Assembly: GCA_029856085.1 (NCBI GenBank)
Contig: JAHQWI010000184.1
Location: 2,972-66,971 of the forward strand
DNA from: Promethearchaeia archaeon
Lineage (GTDB): Archaea; Asgardarchaeota; Lokiarchaeia; Sigyniarchaeales; SOKP01
Reading direction: 5' to 3'
Length of the DNA: 64,000 nucleotides
Shown here: positions 38,197 through 48,636 of the stretch, in pieces
Layout of the letters: every line of letters starts with the position of its first letter
How positions within the stretch are numbered: position 1 is the first letter of the stretch
Notes under the pieces: generated by a model
Told to the model about the DNA's origin: nothing
The model's database searches: none
Seen by the model: the letters and a program-made list of their open reading frames with translations, nothing else
Program-made: the position numbers and the translations under genes

Positions 38197-39120
38197 ATGA
38201 ATTCAGAAAAAGTAAAATCAGCTCTTACAGACGCCGATGAGCTTCTTCATAACCCCACTGATGAAATGAAATGGCGAGAATCATACTACTTCAATTGGGT
38301 TGATCTTAAAAATAGAGTTTCGGGATTTTCTACAATTGGAATATTGCCCAATGAAAAAAGGCGTGAATTTGTATTTTTGCTTTTTTTAGAAGATCAAAAT
38401 GAAATTTATTATAAAGAACCCCCACTCCATCAATATGAAGATAATATTGAAATTATGCTTAAGGAAAAACGACTATCTTATAAACTCGTTAAGCCCTTCA
38501 AGATTTGGGAGATTGAATACAATTCTCGAAAATTGGAATTTAAAATTATATTTGAAACTAGATTTCCAACATATTATTTTGGCTTAGATTCCTCTGCATC
38601 ATGGCATCAGCATTTTGAGTCATCTGGAACCATAAAAGGGACATTAAAGATAAAGGATCATACACCAATAATTATCAATGGATATGGTCAACGTGATAAG
38701 AGTTGGGGTTATCGAGATTGGCACCAATTTGATAAATGGTATGCAGGTCACTTTCAATTTAAGGATTGGTCGTGTGCCTTCCGAAAGGATTATTATGAAG
38801 ATAGAATAGATTTATCAGGTCATATTTCAAATGATAAAGGAAATTCTCCTTTATCTATTTTAGATATCGAAACTATCAATGATGATGATAAATTTCAAAG
38901 TCCTCTCACAGCAACTTATTTCATTAAAGATGCAAATAAAAATTCTTATACAATAAAAGCAGAGAGAATAAAGAAAAATTCATTTATAAGATTTGCACGA
39001 ACATTTCTAGGAGGTTTTACAGAGCTGTTTGAGCAAATAGTTGTTATGAAAAACCTAGATACGGGTGAAGTGGGCTCTGGAATGATGGAGCATTTACGTA
39101 CTTTTAAATCAGATGATTGA
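38197..39120 (+). CDS. Hypothetical beta-rich protein
   Basis: A 307-aa ORF starting 5 nt after the upstream gene. The W/Y-rich WRESYYFNWVD segment gives no confident family call. Confidence 0.5.
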   Translation: MNSEKVKSALTDADELLHNPTDEMKWRESYYFNWVDLKNRVSGFSTIGILPNEKRREFVFLLFLEDQNEIYYKEPPLHQYEDNIEIMLKEKRLSYKLVKPFKIWEIEYNSRKLEFKIIFETRFPTYYFGLDSSASWHQHFESSGTIKGTLKIKDHTPIIINGYGQRDKSWGYRDWHQFDKWYAGHFQFKDWSCAFRKDYYEDRIDLSGHISNDKGNSPLSILDIETINDDDKFQSPLTATYFIKDANKNSYTIKAERIKKNSFIRFARTFLGGFTELFEQIVVMKNLDTGEVGSGMMEHLRTFKSDD

Positions 39121-39188
39121 ATATTAATTTTTAAAATTAAAGGTTTTAAATTAGTTTACATTTAATCTAAAATAAATTATAAAGAATT

Positions 39189-40085
39189 TTGAAAAATAAG
39201 GGGATAAAAAAAATGTGTAAATGGTGTTTTTCTCACGGAACCAATGGCGAGAAATGGTACATGAATGCTAAAAATTATTCCAATCAGCTTGCCGATGAGA
39301 TGAATCTAAAAGATTATTTAAGCGAACAATGGCAACATTATGAACAAATTTATATTAGGAAAATTATGGGTGTTTCTTCGAAAGATTTAGGGTATAAATT
39401 GAAAATGCCAATAATAGGTAGAGTAGTTAGAAATATGGCTGAGAACATGATTCATAGTGAAAAGAAAAACAGGAAGGGAGTAAGAGCAGATGGTCATTTT
39501 GGTCAAGTTATACCTCTTGAAGATGGAAAAATTATTCTCTCTGAATTAGCTGCCGAACCAATAATTTGTAATTATTGTATGTGTCGTTGGCAACGGAGAG
39601 GTGAAAAAGAAGCGGTTTGTATTAATTTTGGAGCTTTATCTGAAGTTATTGAAAAACTCCCCCGTTTTATACCAAAAGATAGAGCAGTGAGATTAGATCG
39701 TGAGGCAGCTGTAAAACAACTAGAAGAAAATAATAAGAAAGGATATATAGCTTCTGTTTGGTTTCAACCGGTGCCATATATATCTGCTATTTGTTCGTGT
39801 GAAAATCCAGAATGCGGAGCTTTTACTCTAAGAAATAGTTTTGATATTAATATTATGTATAAGGCAGAGTATATAATTAGTTTAAACCAGGATAATTGCC
39901 AAGGATGTAAGTCGTGCGTTTCTTGGTGCCAACTTGGAGCTTTGAAATACATCCCTTCAATGAAAAGAGTGATCGTTGATTACGATAAATGTGTTGGTTG
40001 CGGAGTTTGTCGGCATGCTTGTGAAAATGATGCGTTGAAATTAATTCCTAGAGAAGAATTCCCGGGATATAACGGAAAATATTAG
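39189..40085 (+). CDS. 4Fe-4S dicluster domain protein
   Basis: C-terminal CQGCKSCVSWC and CVGCGVCRHAC ferredoxin motifs, with additional N-terminal Cys pairs (CKWC, CNYCMC). Confidence 0.6.
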   Translation: MKNKGIKKMCKWCFSHGTNGEKWYMNAKNYSNQLADEMNLKDYLSEQWQHYEQIYIRKIMGVSSKDLGYKLKMPIIGRVVRNMAENMIHSEKKNRKGVRADGHFGQVIPLEDGKIILSELAAEPIICNYCMCRWQRRGEKEAVCINFGALSEVIEKLPRFIPKDRAVRLDREAAVKQLEENNKKGYIASVWFQPVPYISAICSCENPECGAFTLRNSFDINIMYKAEYIISLNQDNCQGCKSCVSWCQLGALKYIPSMKRVIVDYDKCVGCGVCRHACENDALKLIPREEFPGYNGKY

Positions 40086-40097
40086 ATTGGTGATCTT

Positions 40098-40397
40098 ATG
40101 GGAAGTAAAGTAAAAACTAAAAAGTTAAAAAAACAATTAAAGGAAAAAAGAACGAAAATCCGAATTGATTACTCGATTTGTGGTGAAGATGGAAAGATAG
40201 ATCCAAGAGATTGTTGTAAGTGTCTTAAAGTTTGCGATCCCGCAGTTTTTACGATGCATTCTGCATTAGATCTAAAATTTAAAGATCCTTATGATCCACA
40301 GAGATGGATGATAACTCCCCAATGGGGTTCACTTTGTACACGTTGTCTAAAGTGTGTTGAAGTGTGTCCTGAAAATGCAATAAGTATAAAATGGTAA
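40098..40397 (+). CDS. Small Cys-rich ferredoxin-like protein
   Basis: CGEDG...CCKCLKVCDP and CTRCLKCVEVCPENAI. Confidence 0.5.
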   Translation: MGSKVKTKKLKKQLKEKRTKIRIDYSICGEDGKIDPRDCCKCLKVCDPAVFTMHSALDLKFKDPYDPQRWMITPQWGSLCTRCLKCVEVCPENAISIKW

Positions 40398-40420
40398 ACT
40401 GCTTTTATTTCAAAATATTT

Positions 40421-41218
40421 TTAATCCAATTTTACTTCCTTTGCACTTTTATAAAGATAATCAAAATAGTATAAAGAAGAAGGACCAAAAGCTACATGGT
40501 CCGTGACAATACCGAAATAAGACATTTTTTTTAGGAAGAAACTTTCAGAGAGAATAATAAAAGCATCTTCTCCCTCATCAATTATAACTGAACTGCCAAA
40601 AATTTGATCTCTCCACCTGATTTCACTGATTGTATTATATTTCTTAAGTAGAGATTTAAAATTTTTTACTTCTAAACCTTTAGCTTCAACTAGGAGCTTT
40701 ATATCAGTTACACCCCTAGCTCTTGCTTTTTTTATGTCATCAAAAAACAATTCCAACAATTCGAATTCGTTTGAGGTAAAATAAATTGAAGTTTTTGCCA
40801 AATTTATTAAAGATAGAGCTCTGTTTATGCAGACATCTCTGCCTCTGTGAACGTATAAAGCGATTTTGATTGGGGTATCGTGTGATTGGTAAATAGGCGT
40901 AAGAGTATGGATAATTTTATTTGAATGATCATTGAAGTTATCACTATATTGTTTTTTAGCAATTATTAAAGCCTCATCAGGTGATTTTGCAAAGTAACGA
41001 CTAGGCCTGGAATCTTCTTTGATTATCCACATTTTATCCTTTTCCAGCTGTGTAAGGATGTTATATATCCGGGAGTAAGGAACACCTGATGCCTCTGATA
41101 ACTCTCGAGCATCCATTGGGCCTTTTGAGATCAAAGTGAGATAAATTGAGATTTCATAATCTGTAAGACCTATTGATCTTAAAGATCCCTTAACATTTTC
41201 TGGAATTTCTTTTGACAT
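40421..41218 (-). CDS. TrmB-family transcriptional regulator
   Basis: N-terminal wHTH GLTDYEISIYLTLISKGPMDARELSEASGVPYSRIYNILTQLEKDKMW plus a TrmB-like C-terminal domain. Confidence 0.8.
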   Translation of the reverse strand: MSKEIPENVKGSLRSIGLTDYEISIYLTLISKGPMDARELSEASGVPYSRIYNILTQLEKDKMWIIKEDSRPSRYFAKSPDEALIIAKKQYSDNFNDHSNKIIHTLTPIYQSHDTPIKIALYVHRGRDVCINRALSLINLAKTSIYFTSNEFELLELFFDDIKKARARGVTDIKLLVEAKGLEVKNFKSLLKKYNTISEIRWRDQIFGSSVIIDEGEDAFIILSESFFLKKMSYFGIVTDHVAFGPSSLYYFDYLYKSAKEVKLD

Positions 41219-41611
41219 TATTTTACCACTTCTATATGATTATATATTGAAAAATTAATGCATCTCTAATAATATTAATGGTACTACAATTTCTTCTAAA
41301 AATAATCGGAATTCAAATTAAAGAAATGAGGATAAACAAAATATAGCTAAAATTTTTGATGTTATAAATATTTAAACGCAATTAATTATCAAAAAATTCT
41401 AAATTTTAGTTCTTTTTACCGTATTTGTTCTTGTTTATTTCTTTATTAATAGATTGATAAACATTTTCAGACAATAGTTTTTTCAATTCGCAAAAAAATA
41501 TTTGAATTTGAGAATACAATTAAAGTTTTTATATACATTATTCATCACATTTAATAATAAAGTTAAATTATTTTTATAAAAAGCATATAAAAAATTCGTG
41601 ATTTCGATATT

Positions 41612-42031
41612 ATGGATATTGTAGATCTAAAAATTTTAGAATTATTAAAAGATAATAGTAGAATGTCTTTTAATGAGATTTCTCAAAGTGTAGGCAAAAC
41701 TGAAGCAACTGTTAGAAGACGTGTAAAAAAGTTAACAGACGAGGGTGTAATTAGAAAATTTACCATTGATTACGCAATCGATAACAAACCCCGTACTCGG
41801 GCTACCGTGAAAATTGAACCAGATTTTAAAGAGATTAAGAGAATTTTAAAGGAATTGTTAGAAATTGAAGAAATAACAAATATTTGGAGACTTTCAGGAG
41901 ATTGTGGATTATTTATGAAAGTTGAAATACCTTCTATTGAACAATTTAATCCTCTCATAGAAGAGAAGATCTCACAAATTAAGGGACTAAAAATAGTAGA
42001 AACATGTTTTATTACTGATGTAATCAAATGA
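41612..42031 (+). CDS. Lrp/AsnC-family transcriptional regulator
   Basis: DLKILELLKDNSRMSFNEISQSVGKTEATVRRRVKKLTDEGVIRKFT HTH plus a RAM-like C-terminus. Confidence 0.85.
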   Translation: MDIVDLKILELLKDNSRMSFNEISQSVGKTEATVRRRVKKLTDEGVIRKFTIDYAIDNKPRTRATVKIEPDFKEIKRILKELLEIEEITNIWRLSGDCGLFMKVEIPSIEQFNPLIEEKISQIKGLKIVETCFITDVIK

Positions 42032-42178
42032 AGTTTTTCTTTTTTTATTGAATTTTCTAATTTTATTAACTATATGTGTTTTCTTCTTGTTTTTAGATTA
42101 TCTTGTAGTTTTTCTATAAATGAAATTTATTTGTATTCCATAATTTTAACTATCATCAATAATAATTAGGATGAAAAT

Positions 42179-43501
42179 ATGTCGTACAAATTCTCAAAGG
42201 AGGAGCTTCGGGAACTCCTTATTGATTATAATAAAATTGCATTGGAAAATTATGATTTACTTGATAGTATTGAGATCTGGGATGAAACTCTACGTGATGG
42301 AGAACAAAGCCCTACAGTTTATTTAACTCTTGATGAAAAGATACATTTAGCAAAATTGATGGATGAAATAGGAGTTAAACTAATAGCAGTAGGTTTTCCA
42401 GCAGTTTCAGATTCAGAAAAGAAAATTGTAAAAACAATCGTTAATGAAAATATTAATAATTCCACAATTTTAGGTATAGCTCGACCAAGGAAGGATGATA
42501 TCGATGCTTGTATAGACGCAGATCTTAAAGAAATTGTTATCTTTATGCCAATATCACCTATTTTTAGAAAAACATTAAAACAAAATGAGAATCAACAATT
42601 AGACGAGATTAAAACATCTATTCAATATGCAAAAGACAATGGATTCAAAGTTAATTGGGTTTCAGAAGATGGGACTAGGTGTGATTTTAGTCATTTAAAA
42701 AATGTTTTTGCTACAGCAATAGAAGCAGGAGCAGAACGTATAGTCTTAGGAGATACCGTTGGTGTTTTAACACCCCCCTCTACTTCATATCTAATAAAAC
42801 GTATTAAAGAGGAAGTAATTTCACCGTTAAAGGAAAAAATTCCATTAGGAATTCATACTCATAATGATTTTGGTCTAGCTGTTTCAAATACTATAACTGG
42901 TGTTATAGAAGGATGTCAATATCCTCACACCTGTATAAATGGATATGGCGAACGTGCAGGGAATGCGGCTCTAGAAGAAGTAGCCACAATTTTAGAACGA
43001 TTAGGAATAAGCACAGGGATAGATCTAACCAGGTTACCAGAATTAAGTGAAGTTTGCGAAAAATATTTTTGTAAACCTTTATCACAATATAAACCAATCG
43101 TAGGAGATTTTGCATTTTCTCATGAAAGCGGACTCCATATTGCTGCAATTCTTGCTCATCCATTAACCTACGAACCAATAAACCCCCATATGGTCGGCAG
43201 GAAAAGAAAGTTTTATTTAGGAAAATTTTCAGGGACAAAATCAGTTTCCCATGCATTACAACAGAAGATAAAAGTACTAGATATAGATATACCTATAGAA
43301 ATAATTAGAAAAATTTCTACGGAAGTTAAAAGGAAACACGAGACGACATCGAAAGAAGAACTCAGAAAATCGTTCAATATTATTAAAGAAGAGCTAAAGA
43401 AAGTTACGAAAGGTGTTAGTGATAAAGATTTTTTTGAAATCGTCAATAAATACGCACAGCCTTATATTCCGAAAGGCCACCCAGTGAAGCCAAAAGATTA
43501 A
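42179..43501 (+). CDS. 2-isopropylmalate / homocitrate / citramalate synthase family enzyme (DRE-TIM aldolase)
   Basis: IWDETLRDGEQSP, HTHNDFGLAVSNT and GYGERAGNAALEE motifs. It lacks a LeuA-type regulatory domain. Confidence 0.75.
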   Translation: MSYKFSKEELRELLIDYNKIALENYDLLDSIEIWDETLRDGEQSPTVYLTLDEKIHLAKLMDEIGVKLIAVGFPAVSDSEKKIVKTIVNENINNSTILGIARPRKDDIDACIDADLKEIVIFMPISPIFRKTLKQNENQQLDEIKTSIQYAKDNGFKVNWVSEDGTRCDFSHLKNVFATAIEAGAERIVLGDTVGVLTPPSTSYLIKRIKEEVISPLKEKIPLGIHTHNDFGLAVSNTITGVIEGCQYPHTCINGYGERAGNAALEEVATILERLGISTGIDLTRLPELSEVCEKYFCKPLSQYKPIVGDFAFSHESGLHIAAILAHPLTYEPINPHMVGRKRKFYLGKFSGTKSVSHALQQKIKVLDIDIPIEIIRKISTEVKRKHETTSKEELRKSFNIIKEELKKVTKGVSDKDFFEIVNKYAQPYIPKGHPVKPKD

Positions 43502-43526
43502 TTTTCATTAAGAATATTGTGGTTAC

Positions 43527-44921
43527 TCATTTTTCTAAAAATTTATCGATAACATTGATCTTTTTCTTTGTTTTCTTTACATCATTTTGCAGTTTCTTTG
43601 ATCTTTTTGAATATTCTTCATCATTAATCGTTCCAGACGAATGTTTTTTGTCAATAAACTCTAGTAAGTCCTCAACAGAAGTAAGTTTTGATTCTAATCC
43701 CTCTTTTTCATCTTTTAACTCCTTTTTTGTCTTACCTTTTGTTTTGAGTTTAGGTACTGGCTTTAAGCCTGTTTCTTCAACTTCTTCTTCCATCAGAATT
43801 TCAGGTTTTGGTGGTAAAGCTGTAAGGGCTTCTTCACTTTTTTCCTTATTGCTAATAGCACTTATTTCACTAGTTATTTCTGGTAATGATGGAATCTTTT
43901 GGACACTAGGCTGAATATCTTGAGCTTTATCTTGTACTTCAGAAATATCGAGTTGCGTGGATTCAATTATATCTTTATCTGACTCTGATGCAGTCTTTAT
44001 TAATTTATCAATAGTAGTTTTAATTGTGTTTATTTGATTTTGAAAAATCTTTAATAATTCTACCAATTCACTTTTTTTAGAAATTTTCATAGAAAAATCT
44101 ATGTTGATTGTTCTTCCTTCGCTTGGAGTGGAAGTGGTTGATGTTTCAGGTTGTATTTGTATTTGAGAAGTTTCTTCAGCTGGACGAGAAATAGGTGTTG
44201 GAATATCCAGGGTTGACCTCAATTCCATACGATAATCAGAAACAAGCCATTTAAAAATATTTAATGCAAAACTAGGATGATCATAACATTGGAATCCTCC
44301 TCCAATTTTATCTCTAAATATTTCATAACTACCAATGCAACAAACCCTTCCATTTCCTATTTCGGATACACAGACTAGAGGACAAGAAAAGGGTTCTGAT
44401 GTTTCGTTCGAATCAGCTATCGAGAATGCCCCACTCCCAACAATTGAAAGAGAGCACCCTGATCTATAACATAAAGTGTCTATTTTAGACGTAATTGGAT
44501 GAGGAATGTTGAATGTCGAAATTAATGGGATATTTTCCATCCCTAAATTAACTCTTTCATCTAAAACTTGATCATTTTCAAAAATTATTCCAAATTGTTC
44601 CGATATTTCAGATAAGTTGCTCCCACGACCTCTATCACCACCTGCGTGTGATAACAATAAGAGTCCACCTCCAGAATTTTTAACCCACTTTACTATTTGT
44701 GTGATTTCATTAGCAGTAATTCTTGAAAAGTCAGGACATACGAATACTAATATATCAAAGGGCATTAGTGATTCTTCTGTTATGGGAACCTCTAAAAAAT
44801 TATAACATACAAAATCATTTGAATTTAATTGATCTCGAAGTTCAGTTAAATTATCATCAATTCGACCTCTTGGTTTATGAGCAACATCAAATGCGATGTG
44901 ATACGACATGATTAACCACAA
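43527..44921 (-). CDS. Hypothetical protein: N-terminal ~230-aa globular domain, S/T/P/E-rich linker, C-terminal coiled coil
   Basis: A 464-aa ORF. The N-terminal domain (DILVFVCPD...LLLLSHAGGDRGRGSNL) has a flavodoxin/GATase1-like alternating pattern. The family is uncertain. Confidence 0.5.
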   Translation of the reverse strand: MWLIMSYHIAFDVAHKPRGRIDDNLTELRDQLNSNDFVCYNFLEVPITEESLMPFDILVFVCPDFSRITANEITQIVKWVKNSGGGLLLLSHAGGDRGRGSNLSEISEQFGIIFENDQVLDERVNLGMENIPLISTFNIPHPITSKIDTLCYRSGCSLSIVGSGAFSIADSNETSEPFSCPLVCVSEIGNGRVCCIGSYEIFRDKIGGGFQCYDHPSFALNIFKWLVSDYRMELRSTLDIPTPISRPAEETSQIQIQPETSTTSTPSEGRTINIDFSMKISKKSELVELLKIFQNQINTIKTTIDKLIKTASESDKDIIESTQLDISEVQDKAQDIQPSVQKIPSLPEITSEISAISNKEKSEEALTALPPKPEILMEEEVEETGLKPVPKLKTKGKTKKELKDEKEGLESKLTSVEDLLEFIDKKHSSGTINDEEYSKRSKKLQNDVKKTKKKINVIDKFLEK

Positions 44922-45070
44922 GACAAGTATAATTTAAAATTCTTATATATTCAAAATCATGATATTATTAATTACTATTTTAATCTTTCTAAAATTAATA
45001 TTTAACTATATTATATAGAAATTACTAATCTCTAATTTTTAAGTTAGACACAATTTGATGAGGAGTTTTA

Positions 45071-46168
45071 CTAAGACCTGCTTTTATCTCCTATAATTAG
45101 GTAATCTTTACTAATATTCTCAACCATTACATCGCTACCTATGATTGAGTTTGTTGTAATAATGTTATTAAGCTGTGCTCTTTTTTCTATGACACTATTT
45201 TCTAAAATGCAGTTTTCTATATATGAATTTTCTCCTATTGAAACATAGGGACCGATAACACAATTATTAATTTTAGTGTTCTCTCCAATGAAAATAGGAT
45301 TTTTCAAAAAGGACTTATCGACTGTTATATTTAATTTTGGAAAATCTTCCTTTTTAACAGAATTTTGCGTTAGTAGATATCTATTACCGTTAAGTAATTC
45401 AGAGGGCCTACCAAAGTCAAGAATTCCTTTTTTTAGTTTAACTGCGGCGATTCTAAAACCTTTATCCACTAAATCTTGTAAACTTTGTGTTAAATATATC
45501 TCCTTTGTTGTATCTGACTTCTGATCTAGATAATATTTAATGTTTTCAAAAAGTGCAATTGTAGCTGAATTTGAAAAAGCGTAAGGACCAGCAATGGCTA
45601 AATTCGAGATGAATTCTTTTGGTTTTTCCACGAGACTTTGAATAATTGAATTTTCATCTACAGTCACTACACCATATGAGCTTGCATCTTCGTTTGGGAC
45701 TTCCATAACTGTAATAATTCCATCTATATCAGATTCAAAATAACGATACATAAAATATGAATATTCATCAATAGGAATCATATCTCCTAAAAAGATAAGA
45801 GCACCTTCTCTTTTATCTTGCTCTTTTGTTTCAAAATGCTGTTTTTTAAACCTTATATTTGATAAATAAACTGCTTCACCTAATCCCCAATAAAAGGGAA
45901 TGTTATTGGAATATCCTCTCGGAATTTGTTCAATAAATGTAAGTTTAAATTTATCAGCATAATTTTTTTTTACATAATCAATTATTTGTCTCTTTTTATA
46001 GCCAACAATAAGTATTAATTCTGTGTTTGGATCAAAAGTATTACTAAATTTTTCGAGAATGTGATCCAAAACAGTTTTTCCTGCAACTGTTAAAAAAGCT
46101 TTTGGTTTGCTTAAAGTAAACGGTTTTAATCTTGAACCGATGCCTGCTATGGGTCCTATAATTTTCAT
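45071..46168 (-). CDS. Sugar-phosphate nucleotidyltransferase with a C-terminal left-handed beta-helix
   Basis: MKIIGPIAGIGSRLKPFTLSKPKAFLTVAGKTVLDHIL N-terminus. C-terminal hexapeptide-like repeats (IGENTKINNCVIGPYVSIGENSYIENCILENSVI). Confidence 0.75.
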   Translation of the reverse strand: MKIIGPIAGIGSRLKPFTLSKPKAFLTVAGKTVLDHILEKFSNTFDPNTELILIVGYKKRQIIDYVKKNYADKFKLTFIEQIPRGYSNNIPFYWGLGEAVYLSNIRFKKQHFETKEQDKREGALIFLGDMIPIDEYSYFMYRYFESDIDGIITVMEVPNEDASSYGVVTVDENSIIQSLVEKPKEFISNLAIAGPYAFSNSATIALFENIKYYLDQKSDTTKEIYLTQSLQDLVDKGFRIAAVKLKKGILDFGRPSELLNGNRYLLTQNSVKKEDFPKLNITVDKSFLKNPIFIGENTKINNCVIGPYVSIGENSYIENCILENSVIEKRAQLNNIITTNSIIGSDVMVENISKDYLIIGDKSRS

Positions 46169-46213
46169 TCTTTTTAGAATAATCTTTCTAATTGATTTGA
46201 AATTTAAATTTAT

Positions 46214-46990
46214 TTAATAGAATTTTGATTCATCTGAATCAAAAACTCTTTGTAAATGCCCAAATAGAATATCTAAACCATGGTCTTCTCTTGATGAACA
46301 TGGAATTAATTCACTTGTAGATCCCATTTGGATAAATACTTCTGAAAGAAGCATTGATAATTCTCTGATCAATCCCTTTTCTCTTTCATTGGTTGAATCC
46401 TCTAACGCTTGAAAGTCGTGACTCCAATTAAGAATCATATCTATTTGATCTTCATCAATAAGATCAACTTTAGATAAGATATTTATTTGCGAGATATTCC
46501 TAAAACGAAACTGAACAGAAGCTGCTAAAAGTAAGGTTGAAATAAAACCATTAGGTCTGAGAACAAAATTTGAATCAAAGAGAAAACTCACAGATCTTTG
46601 GATATCGCCAAATCCTAATGCGCTAGCTATTAAAGGTCCAGTTTCTCGAAAAGCAAATAGCTCTAATTGCCCTGCAGTATCCACAAATATCCAATCCGGG
46701 TTATATTCATCAATTTCGTCTTTTATATCATCTAAAAAATTTACCATTAAATCAGAAGCTAAAATCATCCCACCATTCGGTCCTAAACCATATTCTTCCA
46801 TAACCTCTTCTAAAACAATATAATCCCTTACATCGATGTCAGGAACATAAGAAATAACTTTAACTCCAGGATCAAGATTCAACGTAATTGCTGAAATCTC
46901 TGGATTTCGATTTACAACATATTCCTTTAACTCACCCGTGAGAGTACTCTTACCACTTCCGGCTGTACCTATGAAATAATTTAATAATAT
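46214..46990 (-). CDS. GPN-loop GTPase (Npa3/XAB1-like); probable AUA start
   Basis: GLGPNGG GPN motif and DTAGQLELF. The ORF track starts at TTG 46882, but the frame is open to 47002 and encodes the P-loop (I)LLNYFIGTAGSGKSTLTGELKEYV. The only plausible start is ATA 46990, 8 nt after AGAGGT. Confidence 0.8.
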   Translation of the reverse strand: MLLNYFIGTAGSGKSTLTGELKEYVVNRNPEISAITLNLDPGVKVISYVPDIDVRDYIVLEEVMEEYGLGPNGGMILASDLMVNFLDDIKDEIDEYNPDWIFVDTAGQLELFAFRETGPLIASALGFGDIQRSVSFLFDSNFVLRPNGFISTLLLAASVQFRFRNISQINILSKVDLIDEDQIDMILNWSHDFQALEDSTNEREKGLIRELSMLLSEVFIQMGSTSELIPCSSREDHGLDILFGHLQRVFDSDESKFY

Positions 46991-47120
46991 TTTAAATAAC
47001 CTCTATTGAATAAATTTCCTCTTTTATCTCTTTTAAACCAATATTAGAAAATAATTAAAGATTTGCCACTTAATTATTAGAAATAACTGTCAAAAATTTA
47101 ATGATCCATATAAATCTATT

Positions 47121-48101
47121 TTATTTCGGTTTTTTGAGACCATCTAAGTGGATTTCTTTTTCCTGTTGTTTTTTAAGCCTTTTTATCTGATTATTAATTG
47201 CCTCTTCTTCTTTCTTCATCAAAACTTCATCGTCCACCATCAATTCTTTAAGTTCCTCTTCAGTTAATGGTTTTAAAATCTCTTTAACATTAAATATTTC
47301 ATTTTTTTCAAAATTTTGCTTGAAAATTGTTTTCATCTCTTTGATTACCATTAATTTACCGGAGGACATTTGACCTTGAATTAATGCTGGTTTTGTTGGA
47401 CCTCTTATTCTTTCAATTCCAGATTCAGAACTCCTGTTAGGTAGACGAGGGGGTGAACCATAGGAAAAATTTCCAACCGGCATGTTTTGAAATGTCAAAT
47501 TTAAATTCTTTAGATGTTGCTCAATGTTTTTTAATGTTTGATTGCTTTCACTAATCATTGAGATAATCGAATCATCTACAGATATACTTTTGATGCTATT
47601 TTTCTCGTAAATAACCGTACTCTTTCGTTCCTTATTATTGAAATCAGTTTTTACCTCCTGATATAGTTTTTCTCTGGTAAAACTGTGATGTTGGTTTTTC
47701 TTTATACCTAAATCGATGAAGTGAAAGCCGATATAACAATCTTCATTAATCCATATATCTGAAATGTTGAATTTTTCTTCGAATGTAAATTCAATACGCT
47801 GTCCAGAATACATGAAGACTGTTAACCTTAAAATTCTAATTTGTAAATCGTCATATCCAAATATCTCGTCTAAATCTATTGAAAAACAGAGATGTTCATC
47901 CGAATAATAGAGCTTCTTAATAGAAACAAGATAAGGAGGTTGATTAGAAAATATGTCTTGTTTAGTCGTTTTTGAAATCTCAAATTTTAGGTTTAAACGT
48001 TTAATTTTTTCTGGGAGAAGAAATTGATTTTCTCTTTCATCTTTCTTGAATTCTAAAAAAAGTCTTTTTCCCTCGTCCCAAAAAACTTGGAACAATTCCA
48101 T
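47121..48101 (-). CDS. Hypothetical protein with a C-terminal charged helix
   Basis: A 326-aa ORF upstream of the GPN GTPase on the same strand. No motif recognised. Confidence 0.5.
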   Translation of the reverse strand: MELFQVFWDEGKRLFLEFKKDERENQFLLPEKIKRLNLKFEISKTTKQDIFSNQPPYLVSIKKLYYSDEHLCFSIDLDEIFGYDDLQIRILRLTVFMYSGQRIEFTFEEKFNISDIWINEDCYIGFHFIDLGIKKNQHHSFTREKLYQEVKTDFNNKERKSTVIYEKNSIKSISVDDSIISMISESNQTLKNIEQHLKNLNLTFQNMPVGNFSYGSPPRLPNRSSESGIERIRGPTKPALIQGQMSSGKLMVIKEMKTIFKQNFEKNEIFNVKEILKPLTEEELKELMVDDEVLMKKEEEAINNQIKRLKKQQEKEIHLDGLKKPK

Positions 48102-48211
48102 TTTTGCGTTTAAACCCTTAAATTCAATTTCCTATTAATAGTTCATTTGTAAGTATTAGGCTTTCCTTAATAAAAATGTGAGCTTATGAAATTAATGATT
48201 TACTTGAGATA

Positions 48212-48616
48212 TTATAGATTTTTTCTTAACTCAGAAAAGTAGTAAATTGGTTTTTTGTATTTTTTCTCAAAAATCTCGATTTCTTCCATAGAATGATCTC
48301 CAATATAACCATCTATATCCAATACTAACATAGCATCTTGATCTTGTAATTTTCTTAGGGCTATTTCTTGTAATTTCTCCCATTCTCTTAGGGAAAACTT
48401 TTCTTTATTTAATAATCCATCAACCGAGCATATATAGACGATTTTATTATATAGAATTTGCAAAATAGACTCAATTTTGATAAAATAGTTTTTAAAGCGA
48501 ATTGACCCAACTAAATATATTTTATTCTCTTGGATTTTAGAAAAATCATAATCTTTAAATTCATCCAAGAAATTCTTATTTAACCGTTCCTTACTCATAA
48601 TAATTGTATAAATCAT
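48212..48616 (-). CDS. Nucleoside 2-deoxyribosyltransferase-like / SLOG-like small protein
   Basis: KIYLVGSIRF ... DAMLVLDIDGYIGDHSMEEIEIFEKKYKKPIYYF fits the NDT-like Rossmannoid pattern (IYLAG ... D..v.....g.s.G...E.g.A...gkPv). The start may be ATG 48598. Confidence 0.4.
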   Translation of the reverse strand: MIYTIIMSKERLNKNFLDEFKDYDFSKIQENKIYLVGSIRFKNYFIKIESILQILYNKIVYICSVDGLLNKEKFSLREWEKLQEIALRKLQDQDAMLVLDIDGYIGDHSMEEIEIFEKKYKKPIYYFSELRKNL

Positions 48617-48636
48617 CAGTTCTATTTAACTACCAT

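Noticed and set aside
41219-41611. A 390-bp AT-rich divergent intergenic region between the TrmB and Lrp regulators, scanned for repeats or RNA structure.
   Set aside because: Only short AT palindromes expected from the composition were found. It is most simply two divergent promoter regions.
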